Virus record (IMG/VR): IMGVR_UViG_3300017761_001735
Coordinates: 1 to 33,649 of that record
Reading direction: 5' to 3' (one strand)
Length of the DNA: 33,649 bases
Source of the DNA: a virus
Taxonomy: Duplodnaviria; Caudoviricetes
The notes under the pieces were generated by a model. It saw nothing but the letters and a program-made list of their open reading frames with translations. It did no database searches and was not told the DNA's origin. The translations under genes and the position numbers were made by a program. Position 1 is the stretch's first letter, and each line of letters begins with the position of its first letter. Of this stretch, positions 1 to 8,385 are shown piece after piece.

Positions 1-316
1 TACATAGCCCACGGATGGGCACCTGGCCTGCAGATCGGCCCCCCGCCAACTGGTCCCGCACGGGATGCAACAAGAGGGGGCAACACGGATGTGACCCGCC
101 CGCAAGGCAATCCATCCGAACTCTTGCGACTGAGGGGTGGGAACTGGTGACTCCGCCTGCCCCGGGCTACAGCCAACCGCAAGCGCCGTGTCTGGGAGAA
201 ATGGATACAACGGCGTTAAACAATCAGCATCCAGTCGCTGCCGCTGAAAGCGCGGTTTACGCGATTGACTTCCGGCATTTTTGCTGGGAGTCACTGCGCT
301 TCTGCACGGTTTACGT

Positions 317-344
317 TTGACTGGGGCATGATCGCCTGTACACT
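317..344 (+). promoter_or_regulatory. Sigma70-like promoter TTGACT-N16-TACACT
   Basis: TTGACTG-N12-CTGTACACT upstream of the 382 ORF; the same fixed positions recur at 28913-28940. Confidence 0.55.
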
Positions 345-381
345 CCCCCGCACCACAAGGAGGTGGAAGGCTTGAAGGAGT

Positions 382-855
382 GTGATTACTGAGGCAACGA
401 AGTTATGCAACGGTCCTTTGTGCAGAGGCGTTGAAAGGCCGCTGTCGGACTTCAACAAGCACGCTGGAACAGGCGACCGCCGGCAGACATGGTGCCGGGA
501 ATGCGCACGCCACAGCTCTAGGGTCTGGCGAGGAGAAAACACATCAATCAGCTTGCTTAATCTTTGCAAGCAACGCGCAAAGAAAAAGGGGATCGAATTT
601 TCCCTGACTTTTGACTGGGCTGAAGAAAGACTTCTGCGTGGCGTGTGCGAGATGACAGGAATTGCCTTTGTGTTTGGAACATCTCGCCACGCATTCTTGC
701 CATCAATTGATCGCATTGACAGCAGCAAGGGTTACACGCCAGACAACTGCCGAGTTGTTCTTTTGATAATCAACCAGGCCAAGAACGACATCTCCGAAGA
801 TGACTTCCAGGCCGCACTTCGCCAAGTAGCGGAGGCCATGCTTGAACGCTGCTGA
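382..855 (+). CDS. HNH/EndoVII-like endonuclease with N-terminal Zn finger
   Basis: N-terminal Cys pairs (CNGPLC, CREC); C-terminal SIDRIDSSKGYTPDNCRVV...NQAKN typical of phage HNH-like homing endonucleases; GGAG upstream. Confidence 0.75.
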   Translation: MITEATKLCNGPLCRGVERPLSDFNKHAGTGDRRQTWCRECARHSSRVWRGENTSISLLNLCKQRAKKKGIEFSLTFDWAEERLLRGVCEMTGIAFVFGTSRHAFLPSIDRIDSSKGYTPDNCRVVLLIINQAKNDISEDDFQAALRQVAEAMLERC

Positions 856-1234
856 ACGCTCCGCCCTGCTGGAATGGGTGGCCGAGCACCGCTGTTGCTC
901 AGTCTGCTGGTGGCCCGAGTCTGATGGTCGCCGCCGGCTTGAGGTTCACCACATCGTTGGTGGCGCAGGCCGCAAGCATGACATCAGGAATTACTTGAGA
1001 CTCTGCGACCGTGACCATCACACATTTCACAGCGGAAACACTTTGCATGTTGACCTGTCCAAAGGTATACTACTAGGTGTCAAGCAGGAGTGTGATCCGG
1101 ATAACTACGATCCGGAATACCTCGCCTCGCTGCGACACAAGAAGCATCTGGGCTATGACCCCGAGCCTCTGCCGGATTACTACCTCAAGGAAAGAGAACG
1201 TAACACGGGATCATGGACGAGTCGCAGCCCATAG
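842..1234 (+). CDS. HNH endonuclease
   Basis: CSVC...LEVHHIVGG...NYLRLCDRDHHTFH, an HNH motif with Zn ligands. Confidence 0.75.
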   Translation: MNAAERSALLEWVAEHRCCSVCWWPESDGRRRLEVHHIVGGAGRKHDIRNYLRLCDRDHHTFHSGNTLHVDLSKGILLGVKQECDPDNYDPEYLASLRHKKHLGYDPEPLPDYYLKERERNTGSWTSRSP

Positions 1235-1596
1235 CACACGTACTCCGCGTCATCCGGCATGACACCCTGCAGCTGCGGGCCTGGTGCCCGCTGACGCAAA
1301 CCAGGGTGACCCTGTACATGGTTCCCTGTGGCATCTGGTGTTTGGACGATGCCAAGGAACACATCATCGACTGGTGCGAATTACATTCCGATGCCGAGAG
1401 GCTGAAGCTCGTCACCTACGATCACATGCGTGACGAGTACGGCCGGCTCATGGGCGACCTGGCCGACATTCAGTCGGGCGAAACCCTGACTGCCTACCTC
1501 CTGAGCGTTGGCGTGGCCAAGCCCAGGCCGCACCACATCCTGGAGATGCTGGGAGTTCTCCTCTCTTCAACGGAGGTCGAAGATGCTGGCGGGTGA
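1213..1596 (+). CDS. Thermonuclease (SNase)-like protein, degenerate
   Basis: VLRVIRHDTL, RDEYGRLMGDL and LLSVGVA follow the SNase pattern (VIDGDT, DKYGRLLA, LVxxGLA). Confidence 0.6.
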   Translation: MDESQPIAHVLRVIRHDTLQLRAWCPLTQTRVTLYMVPCGIWCLDDAKEHIIDWCELHSDAERLKLVTYDHMRDEYGRLMGDLADIQSGETLTAYLLSVGVAKPRPHHILEMLGVLLSSTEVEDAGG

Positions 1597-1825
1597 CCAG
1601 ACAAAGACGAACAGCTACACCATCAGTTGGTGGTGGGAGTCCGAGACTGAGGGGCGGGATCGCCAACTAGGAAATCCGGTCGCCTCATGGATCGGCCAGA
1701 ACGTGCGGGTCTTAGATAAGAAACGCTCCCCCGAGGTGGTGAAGCTCATCGTAGAGCAGTTCCCATACCTCATGGAGGTTGAGGCCCGGCACGCCCAGCA
1801 TCAGCATGCGAAGTGGAAGAAATAA
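1583..1825 (+). CDS. Hypothetical protein
   Basis: ATG at 1583 after GGAGG; TAATG coupling to next gene. Confidence 0.6.
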   Translation: MLAGDQTKTNSYTISWWWESETEGRDRQLGNPVASWIGQNVRVLDKKRSPEVVKLIVEQFPYLMEVEARHAQHQHAKWKK

Positions 1826-2082
1826 TGGGCGACTTTTCTTACGGAACCGCCGCGCTAATCCTCCTGGTCTACATCGTTGTGGACATGCTGTACGCCTACT
1901 ACATCATCTGCGTTGAGAAGCGTGACCCGTGGCGATCAGCCATTGTGTCCTCGGTCCTCTACTCCCTCCTGGCCTTTGGGGTTGTCTCTTACTCCAAGAA
2001 CATCCTGTACCTATTCCCCCTTGCCACGGGTGCGTTCATCGGAACCTTCATCACCGTGTCTTGGAAGAAGGGTGACAAGTGA
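1825..2082 (+). CDS. Small membrane protein (about 3 TM)
   Basis: Three hydrophobic segments; coupled start and stop on both sides. Confidence 0.7.
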   Translation: MGDFSYGTAALILLVYIVVDMLYAYYIICVEKRDPWRSAIVSSVLYSLLAFGVVSYSKNILYLFPLATGAFIGTFITVSWKKGDK

Positions 2083-2549
2083 ACAGCCGAGCCAAAGGCG
2101 CTAGAGCCGAGCGGGAGATGGCCAAGGAATGGGTCCGCGTCTTCGGCGGGCAGGCTAGGCGAGGCCAGCAGTTTGCCGGTGGGACCGACAGCCCAGATGT
2201 CATTTCCTCCCATGAAAACCTACACCTGGAAGTCAAGCGAGTCGAAGCAGGCAATCCCTATGTGTGGATGGATCAGGCCGTGCGGGACGCCGGGGACAAA
2301 GTCCCTGTTGTCCTTCACCGCCGGAACGGTAGGGACTGGCTGCTTATTGTGAGGCTGGTAGATGGCCCCAGACTGGCGCAAGAGATTGGTGCGAAGGCTG
2401 AAGAAGTGGGCGGATGCCCGGTTCCCGGTCCTGTTCTCAATCCGGGTGTACCTCCGACCATCGAACAAGATGGACGGGATGCTGGGCTACTGGCTGTTCA
2501 ACGGCGAGGACGAACGAGGGATCATCGCCCTGCTGAATACCCAGGATAA
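2079..2549 (+). CDS. Holliday junction resolvase (Hjc-like, PD-(D/E)xK)
   Basis: MNSRAKGARAERE...SPDV...HLEVKRVE...PVVLHRRN motif of phage Hjc-like resolvases. Confidence 0.8.
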   Translation: MNSRAKGARAEREMAKEWVRVFGGQARRGQQFAGGTDSPDVISSHENLHLEVKRVEAGNPYVWMDQAVRDAGDKVPVVLHRRNGRDWLLIVRLVDGPRLAQEIGAKAEEVGGCPVPGPVLNPGVPPTIEQDGRDAGLLAVQRRGRTRDHRPAEYPG

Positions 2550-2706
2550 AGAGACTCTGATCGATTCGTTTGTTGAGGAGTGGGCACATGCAAGATGTAA
2601 CTACCTACTGGACATGGAAGACAACGATGAAGACCCACACCATCACCCCAGCTTCTGGAGCGAGTACGGACGAATCCAGCGAGCGGCAAGAGAAGTTACT
2701 TGGTGA
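2362..2706 (+). CDS. SprT/zincin-like small protein with EExxH variant motif
   Basis: TLIDSFVEEWAHA followed by HHHPSFW, the SprT-like HExxH...HxxxF layout with the first His replaced by Glu. Confidence 0.5.
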   Translation: MAPDWRKRLVRRLKKWADARFPVLFSIRVYLRPSNKMDGMLGYWLFNGEDERGIIALLNTQDKETLIDSFVEEWAHARCNYLLDMEDNDEDPHHHPSFWSEYGRIQRAAREVTW

Positions 2707-3034
2707 GCTGACCAGCCTGCTGCGAGACGATCCCTACTGGGGTATCTGCATCCGGCTCTGGCGGCTGCTGACCCGGAAGCGTGGTTACTACGGGTGCAAG
2801 CAAAGCCCCTTGGAAAACGCCCTCGGCGTGGCGGAGGACGGGATTACCCCGTGGAAATATCAGGTCGCCAGAATCGGGGAGAAGTGCCGCAGGCTCAGAG
2901 GATCACTGCGGACAATAGACATTAGAGAGACGTTGATGGACATCGCCGGCCACGCTGTTGTGGCGGTGGCTTGCTTGGACCATGAGGTAGAAAATGAATC
3001 TCAAGATTCTTCAGTGGCTTCTCGCTCACCGTGA
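2627..3034 (+). CDS. Nucleotide modification associated domain 1 (DUF1599-like, all-alpha NTP-PPase fold)
   Basis: KRGYYG...EN...ARIGEKCRRL...ETLMDIAGHAV matches KxxDYG...RxxDKxxRL...DTLxDxAxYA; start uncertain. Confidence 0.6.
   Translation: MKTHTITPASGASTDESSERQEKLLGELTSLLRDDPYWGICIRLWRLLTRKRGYYGCKQSPLENALGVAEDGITPWKYQVARIGEKCRRLRGSLRTIDIRETLMDIAGHAVVAVACLDHEVENESQDSSVASRSP
2910..2927 (+). promoter_or_regulatory. Candidate late-promoter motif GGRCAHTRNNNNKTAR
   Basis: ggacaatagacattagag; similar motifs at 19603, 20844 and 32471. Confidence 0.35.
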
Positions 3035-3326
3035 CCTTCTCACCAAGGTCTTGGAAGTAGTCAAGGCATACAACAAGGACCTGCCCGTCCTTGCCAAGTG
3101 GGAGATCGTAGACAAGGTCGCCCGGTTGATCATGCCTGTCCTGTCAGAGTCGGAACTGCGCGCCCTGCAGGCTATTGACTGGGACGAGGACACCGAGGTC
3201 GGTGCCTTCGCCTTGGGGGCTGAGTATTCAATGCTTGGCCTGGACTGGAACTTCGTCCTCACCAGCCTGATCCCGATACTGCGGCTGATTCTCCTGGCAC
3301 TTGAGACGCTCTCGCCCGATGAGTGA
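2994..3326 (+). CDS. Hypothetical protein with C-terminal hydrophobic helix
   Basis: GAGG RBS; C-terminal FVLTSLIPILRLILLAL. Confidence 0.7.
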   Translation: MNLKILQWLLAHRDLLTKVLEVVKAYNKDLPVLAKWEIVDKVARLIMPVLSESELRALQAIDWDEDTEVGAFALGAEYSMLGLDWNFVLTSLIPILRLILLALETLSPDE

Positions 3327-4263
3327 CTTCGTCCACCTCCCGCCCTACCGTGTTGAGTTTGGCAACATCCCGTTGTCGGACAAGGACGGTGTGGACTGGG
3401 GGGTTGAGAGTTACAACATCCCGAGCCTTTGGAAACAAACCAAGGGCGACGGGGTGACTGTGGCGGTGATCGACACCGGCATCTCCAAGCATTCCGCCTT
3501 GGTCGATGCAGTGGTGGACTACCGGAACTTCTCAAGCGACACATCGTTTGAGGACACGGTCGGTCACGGTACGCATGTGGCCGGGATCATCGGCGCCCGC
3601 AGGGGGTTGGCTAAGGGCATCGCACCAGAAGCCAAGCTCCTCTCGCTCAAGGTCCTTGGTCATAGTGGCATGGGCAGCAACGAGGCAGTAGCCAATGCTG
3701 TGCTCCATGCAGCGGAACAGCGTTGCGACATTGCTTGCATGTCGCTGGGTTCGCCAACGCCTGACAGCAGGCTCCATGAGGCCATCAAGCTGGCTTGCCG
3801 AGAGGGGGTGATCGTTGTCTGTGCAGCAGGGAATGACGGCGGCAAGGTTAACTACCCGGCCGCGTTCCCCGAGACAGTTGGTGTCGGTGCCGTAGATCGC
3901 ATGGGTGCGGCGTGCGAGTTCTCCAGCCGCGGCAAGGAGATTGTGGTTGCGGCGCCGGGCTGCGACATCACATCCACATGGCTGGCCGATGGCTACGCCA
4001 CGGTGTCAGGCACAAGCATGGCTGCCCCGTTCGTCGCAGGGACTCTTGCCCTGTACGTGTCAGCCGCCAAGAAGGACGGCAAGAAGATTGACCAGCCCGC
4101 CGTACTGAAGGCACTGAGTCAGACATGCAAGGACGCTGGTGACACTGGCAGGGACAGCATCTACGGCTGGGGCCTGCTGGACCCGCACAACCTAATCAAC
4201 TACTCCGTGGCCCAGTCGGTAGGCGGAGTAACCATCTTCATTCCTGGAGCCAAGATTCTATGA
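3319..4263 (+). CDS. Subtilisin-like serine protease (peptidase S8)
   Basis: Full catalytic set: VAVIDTG (Asp), HGTHVAG (His), AAGND (oxyanion Asn), GTSMAAPFVAG (Ser). Confidence 0.95.
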   Translation: MSDFVHLPPYRVEFGNIPLSDKDGVDWGVESYNIPSLWKQTKGDGVTVAVIDTGISKHSALVDAVVDYRNFSSDTSFEDTVGHGTHVAGIIGARRGLAKGIAPEAKLLSLKVLGHSGMGSNEAVANAVLHAAEQRCDIACMSLGSPTPDSRLHEAIKLACREGVIVVCAAGNDGGKVNYPAAFPETVGVGAVDRMGAACEFSSRGKEIVVAAPGCDITSTWLADGYATVSGTSMAAPFVAGTLALYVSAAKKDGKKIDQPAVLKALSQTCKDAGDTGRDSIYGWGLLDPHNLINYSVAQSVGGVTIFIPGAKIL

Positions 4264-4457
4264 CACCCTTTCAGATCATCGCCCTCTCCATCCTTGCCAT
4301 TGTTCTTGTGGTGCAGTTCGTTCTTCCCAACGTGAAGTTGCCGAAGCGAACCAACACCATGCAGAGCATTGAGGCAGTGATGGCCATCAAGGAATCATCC
4401 AACAACCCCCAGGTGGTGGAAGCATGCAGCCAACTGCTCAAAGCCCTACTCGGCTAA
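4260..4457 (+). CDS. Small membrane protein (1 N-terminal TM)
   Basis: IIALSILAIVLVVQFVL; ATGA overlap with the protease stop. Confidence 0.7.
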   Translation: MTPFQIIALSILAIVLVVQFVLPNVKLPKRTNTMQSIEAVMAIKESSNNPQVVEACSQLLKALLG

Positions 4458-4846
4458 TCCCGCTCGCGCTTGCAGCCGCGTTGGTTGCAGCGTCCTTTGT
4501 CAGTTCCCCGCGGCCAGCCGCCACTGGTCCCGTCGCTGTCGCCCTCCAGTCGGCCTCCTCCTCCGACCGGGCGAAACTCGCCAGCATCTTTGGTGCGCTG
4601 GCTGATGTCATCAGCCGGGACCAAGGCCAGCTGATCACTACCACAGCAGCCTGGCGCAGCATCTATGCCGATGCGCTGCGGCTGGCCGCGGGTGGAACCG
4701 ACCTGCCCAAGAAATACCCCGGCCTTGATGTGGCTGTGGACAAGGTCTTGTCCGAGCATTACTCGCTGGACAACCTGCCCATCGACAAGGACATGGCGGT
4801 GAAGATCGCCGCCGGCATGGCCGCAGTGGAGCGTCAGTGTGAGTGA
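4424..4846 (+). CDS. Hypothetical protein with signal peptide or N-terminal anchor
   Basis: RLIPLALAAALVAASFV followed by a soluble helical domain. Confidence 0.7.
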   Translation: MQPTAQSPTRLIPLALAAALVAASFVSSPRPAATGPVAVALQSASSSDRAKLASIFGALADVISRDQGQLITTTAAWRSIYADALRLAAGGTDLPKKYPGLDVAVDKVLSEHYSLDNLPIDKDMAVKIAAGMAAVERQCE

Positions 4847-5789
4847 ACTAGACACACCATATTCGCTGCTGAAGGCATATGACGATGGCCTCACTGGCTA
4901 CATCATGGACATGCGTGCCAAGCATGAGTTCCTTGATGGCCAGAAGTATCAGTTCTTCAACGAACCGAACATCAAAGGCTCTGGCATTGGTAAGCGTGCG
5001 CTGCTCTGGCAGTACGCCAAGAAGCTGGACTCCCGCTGCTTCACCGAGAGGCAAACGACAGGCGACTGTGTTTCGCATGGTAGTCGAAACGCTCGGGACA
5101 TTAGCCGAGCGGTGGAAATCCTGGTGAAGAAGGAACCCGAAGACTGGTTCCGCATGGGTGCGACCGAGCCAACCTACGGTGCGCGTGGTCATGGCGGTGA
5201 GGGCATGTCCCCTGCCCGTGCGTCGCAGTTTGAGCGTGACTTTGGATTCCTCGCACGCACCAAGTACGACGGCGTCGTTGACCTGACGAACTACAACTCG
5301 TCCATCGGGTCACGCTGGGGGTCTGGTGGCGTGCCAGAGAACGTCAAGGAACTCTGCAAGAAGAACAAGGTCGGCGTGATCGCCAGCGTCAAGACGCAGG
5401 CCGACCTGATGGACGCCATGTTCAATGGCTACGCCGCACACTCAGGCCAGTACGCCGCATGGAATGCAACGTCAAACGACAAGGGCATCCATGGCCGGGC
5501 AGTAGGTGGCTGGAACCATGACATGGCGCTGGTGGGATATGACGATTCCAAGGAGTTCTTTCCCTTCCGCGTGTGGATGATCCAGAACTCTTGGGGTCCG
5601 TGGAATCAGAAGCCCAAGGCTTGGCCCAAGGAATACGGCGAGTGGGTGCCGGGCATGATCCTCACCTCGGCCGATGACTTCGATGTGTGCGTGGACAGTG
5701 CTGACTGCTGGACCTACGGGTCTATCGAAGGCTACCCGCCGCAGCGTCTGCCTGATTACGGAACCATAGGGCTACTGAACCATGGTTAA
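4839..5789 (+). CDS. Papain-like cysteine protease (peptidase C1)
   Basis: QTTGDCVSHG (Gln, Cys), NHDMALVGYD (His), IQNSWG (Asn). Confidence 0.85.
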   Translation: MSELDTPYSLLKAYDDGLTGYIMDMRAKHEFLDGQKYQFFNEPNIKGSGIGKRALLWQYAKKLDSRCFTERQTTGDCVSHGSRNARDISRAVEILVKKEPEDWFRMGATEPTYGARGHGGEGMSPARASQFERDFGFLARTKYDGVVDLTNYNSSIGSRWGSGGVPENVKELCKKNKVGVIASVKTQADLMDAMFNGYAAHSGQYAAWNATSNDKGIHGRAVGGWNHDMALVGYDDSKEFFPFRVWMIQNSWGPWNQKPKAWPKEYGEWVPGMILTSADDFDVCVDSADCWTYGSIEGYPPQRLPDYGTIGLLNHG

Positions 5790-6045
5790 AACCCTGCTCA
5801 TTCTCCTCGGACTTGCAGCCCCGGATTATTCTGCGGCCGTTGCAGTCAACGCTTCGTACACCCTGCACACCCAGGCCGTGCCCGTACCCGAGAAGTGCTG
5901 TGGCCTGTGCAAGAACGGCAAGATCGTCCACGGCGACGGGCATGTGACCGACTGTTCCTGCCCGCCGGGCTGCAAGTGCAAGGCCAAGTCTGTCCTCATC
6001 ATCAACCCCGCTGCGGAGTGCAAAGACTGCAAGCCACGGAAGTAG
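5782..6045 (+). CDS. Small Cys-rich protein with signal-peptide-like N-terminus
   Basis: MVKTLLILLGLAA then CCGLC...CSCPPGCKCK...CKDC. Confidence 0.7.
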   Translation: MVKTLLILLGLAAPDYSAAVAVNASYTLHTQAVPVPEKCCGLCKNGKIVHGDGHVTDCSCPPGCKCKAKSVLIINPAAECKDCKPRK

Positions 6046-6401
6046 CGGACCTCTGCCTGCGTGAGTCAGGCGCACGGGGAATCAGTGCCCACTCTAGGGA
6101 AGTCGCCCTTGTCGGCCTGCTTGTAGTCCCTGATGGTGCCATCTCCATGCGCACCTACCGCCGCAGGATGAAGGAGACATACCTGCGGATGCACCCTGAG
6201 TGCGGGTCATTCTTCGTCTTGTTTGTGCTGCCTGTACTGATCTCACTGGTGAGCAACTGGATCGCCAAATGGATTATGAACCGGAAGGATATGAAGACGA
6301 TCAAGAGCCAGGCTTTCGACGCCTTAACCGCGTCATCGCCAAGTGCAATGGAGAGACTCACATCTACTCCTATTTCCCCGAGCGAACCGAAGAATGTGTA
6401 G
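6018..6401 (+). CDS. Hypothetical membrane protein
   Basis: TM segment FFVLFVLPVLISLVSNWIAKWI; GTG start at 6018 is a guess. Confidence 0.55.
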   Translation: MQRLQATEVADLCLRESGARGISAHSREVALVGLLVVPDGAISMRTYRRRMKETYLRMHPECGSFFVLFVLPVLISLVSNWIAKWIMNRKDMKTIKSQAFDALTASSPSAMERLTSTPISPSEPKNV

Positions 6402-6496
6402 GCATGGTCAAGCTGCACGTTGAGGAAGGGCAGCTTCACCCCTATGCGGGGATCATGCTAGTCAAGATGGTGAGGGAGGTTGCGCATGACGATTGA
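6269..6496 (+). CDS. Hypothetical protein
   Basis: MDYEPEGY...; fills the gap to 6486; overlaps both neighbours. Confidence 0.55.
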   Translation: MDYEPEGYEDDQEPGFRRLNRVIAKCNGETHIYSYFPERTEECVGMVKLHVEEGQLHPYAGIMLVKMVREVAHDD

Positions 6497-6713
6497 TGTA
6501 GAGGTATGGATGATCGCCCTGACGGCCGCTTGTGCGGTTGCACCATGGGCTTTCTCAATCCATGCCAAGGTGGCTGTGATTGCCAGCAGCGTGGAGTCCC
6601 TTCCCGAGATTGTGGAAGAACTAAGACGAGCGTTGCTTGAGCATGAACACCGACTGGATGAACATGCAAAAGAGATTACGGCTCTCAAAGAAAAGACAAG
6701 AATTAGCGGCTGA
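6486..6713 (+). CDS. TM plus coiled-coil small protein (holin/spanin-like architecture)
   Basis: GGAGG RBS; N-terminal hydrophobic helix then heptads VEELRRALLEHEHRLDEHAKEITALKE. Confidence 0.7.
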   Translation: MTIDVEVWMIALTAACAVAPWAFSIHAKVAVIASSVESLPEIVEELRRALLEHEHRLDEHAKEITALKEKTRISG

Positions 6714-7290
6714 GTACGTTCCCCTTGCCAAGATGCTGGCAAGGTTCTTCGTTCAGAACCGCCCGCCGTGGCAGAAGTCAGTGCTGCTCCCAGACCTGGA
6801 AGGGGAAGGGTTCCTCGCCCTCACCAAGGCAGCCCGCACGTACGACAAGAAGCGACTGCCTTATCCCAAGGCATACTTCGCCCGTGCGATAATGAACAGC
6901 ATGTACAAGAGCATCAAGAAGGTGACCCGCCAGCCCGGCGATTGGAAGATCAGCCTGCAGGAAGCAGAGGACATGCTGCCTTTGCTAGAGAACCCTGACT
7001 ACCTAGGGCTGGCGATCCAAGACCTGCCCGAAGAACACCAGCAGATGGCCAGCGACAGGTTTGAGTCGGGCCATACGCTACGGACTATAGCGGAAGACCA
7101 TGACATTTCATTGAGGCTAGCTTCTGTGCGTAGTCGGGAGCTAGCCAGAAACCTCGCGGCAGCTTTGGATATCCGGCTTTCGCCGCACGCTCCAGAAGGA
7201 ACACATCGTTCACGTGATAGTAACCGGACGAACCCTTCTTCCTCACCGGCTTCCTCAGTCCCTCATGGCAAAGGACGAGGGCGATCTTAG
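6664..7290 (+). CDS. RNA polymerase sigma70-family factor (regions 2 and 4)
   Basis: ELAAEYVPLAKMLA...DLEGEGFLALTKAARTYD...AYFARAI (region 2); GHTLRTIAEDHDIS (region 4 HTH). Confidence 0.8.
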   Translation: MQKRLRLSKKRQELAAEYVPLAKMLARFFVQNRPPWQKSVLLPDLEGEGFLALTKAARTYDKKRLPYPKAYFARAIMNSMYKSIKKVTRQPGDWKISLQEAEDMLPLLENPDYLGLAIQDLPEEHQQMASDRFESGHTLRTIAEDHDISLRLASVRSRELARNLAAALDIRLSPHAPEGTHRSRDSNRTNPSSSPASSVPHGKGRGRS

Positions 7291-7870
7291 AGCAGGTCAT
7301 CCCCTGCTTCCGCATCGCCACAACCCGCCGGCCAAGCTCCTGCTCCGCAAGGCAGGGCTGCCAGGATTCCAGCCGGCCAGACTTACCCTTCACTGACAGC
7401 CAGCCGAACGGACGCAGCTGGTTGTAGGGCAGGCCGCTCTGCCGCTTGTTGGCGTAGACCTCACGCTTGCGTTGCCCGTGCATGCGTGATTCATACTGGC
7501 TGAACGCCACAATCTGCGAGAAGAACAGCTCCCCCTGTGGTGTGGACAGGTCGAAGTCCATGTCCGTAAACCTTAGTGATACACCGAGGTCTTTCCACCT
7601 GGCGTGAGTGACTGCGGCATCGGCCCAGCGCCGGAAGCCGCGATCGATCTTGGTCATCAGGACCGTATCGCCTGGTGCAAGGACATCCCACAGCTGCTTG
7701 CCAGCCGGTCGGTCTGGCAGTGACACAGAGAACGCAGACACATCCTCGTCCAAGTACACACCGTCCACCGACAAGCCTTTGTCAGCGACCCACTGCTGAA
7801 GCCTGGAGACTTGGGCCTCGCGGCCGTTCTCCTGCTTGTCGGTGGACACACGGGCGTATAGGTAAAGCAT
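7085..7870 (-). CDS. Serine recombinase (resolvase family)
   Basis: YARVSTDKQ with catalytic Ser, DEDVSA, DRP, TKIDRGFR, PFGW and C-terminal GMTCSKIA HTH. Confidence 0.92.
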   Translation of the reverse strand: MLYLYARVSTDKQENGREAQVSRLQQWVADKGLSVDGVYLDEDVSAFSVSLPDRPAGKQLWDVLAPGDTVLMTKIDRGFRRWADAAVTHARWKDLGVSLRFTDMDFDLSTPQGELFFSQIVAFSQYESRMHGQRKREVYANKRQSGLPYNQLRPFGWLSVKGKSGRLESWQPCLAEQELGRRVVAMRKQGMTCSKIALVLCHEGLRKPVRKKGSSGYYHVNDVFLLERAAKAGYPKLPRGFWLAPDYAQKLASMKCHGLPL

Positions 7871-7947
7871 CAGCTCCTCAATGACGAGAAGAATAGGACA
7901 CCTAATACTATCAAAGAACCAAGGAAGAAGTCAGCCATCTCGCTCAT
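7870..7947 (-). CDS. 25-aa hydrophobic peptide MSEMADFFLGSLIVLGVLFFSSLRS
   Basis: Read manually; ATGA overlap upstream, TGATG overlap with the recombinase start. Confidence 0.6.
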   Translation of the reverse strand: MSEMADFFLGSLIVLGVLFFSSLRS

Positions 7948-8012
7948 CGTATGTTCTCCAGAATGACACGGATCACCACAATCACAAGCTCAACCAGGAC
8001 ATCCTTGTCCAT
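7944..8012 (-). CDS. 22-aa hydrophobic peptide MDKDVLVELVIVVIRVILENIR
   Basis: Read manually; AAGGAG RBS; coupled to next ORF. Confidence 0.6.
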   Translation of the reverse strand: MDKDVLVELVIVVIRVILENIR

Positions 8013-8022
8013 GACGCTCTCC

Positions 8023-8385
8023 TTACTCAGCAGTAAACCGAACATTGACAGCGAGGCCATCGCTGTACACCACGCGGGCTACAACCCGGCGTGAATCGTC
8101 AGCCCAGACGTTGCACCAATCGTCGCCGTGCCCCTCAACGAGCGGCACAAAGTCACGCCATTCGTTGGAAGCTAATAGCTTGCCGATCAAGGTCGGTCCA
8201 ACCGCACCGGAGAAGGCATCCCACGCCCGGCGGATCGCATCGGGATCGGCAGTCTCTCGCTTGGACTCTGTGTGAATGGAACGGATGGACTCGCACACCT
8301 TGTGTGGCAGGACAGGCCAGTTCAGCATTGTGCCAATCGGCTCACTGCCAAGGAACCATGTAAGAATCTGCATATCTTCAGTCAT
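8023..8385 (-). CDS. Hypothetical protein
   Basis: GAGGAGG RBS, ATGA overlap. Confidence 0.75.
   Translation of the reverse strand: MTEDMQILTWFLGSEPIGTMLNWPVLPHKVCESIRSIHTESKRETADPDAIRRAWDAFSGAVGPTLIGKLLASNEWRDFVPLVEGHGDDWCNVWADDSRRVVARVVYSDGLAVNVRFTAE

Noticed and set aside
1-320. ORF 15-320 or an RNA gene at the window start
   Set aside because: No RBS, motif or recognisable tRNA/ncRNA fold; upstream context is missing.
7085-7870. Recombinase as part of an IS607 element or prophage boundary
   Set aside because: No N-terminal MerR-like HTH, no tnpB and no host genes; phage genes continue on both sides.
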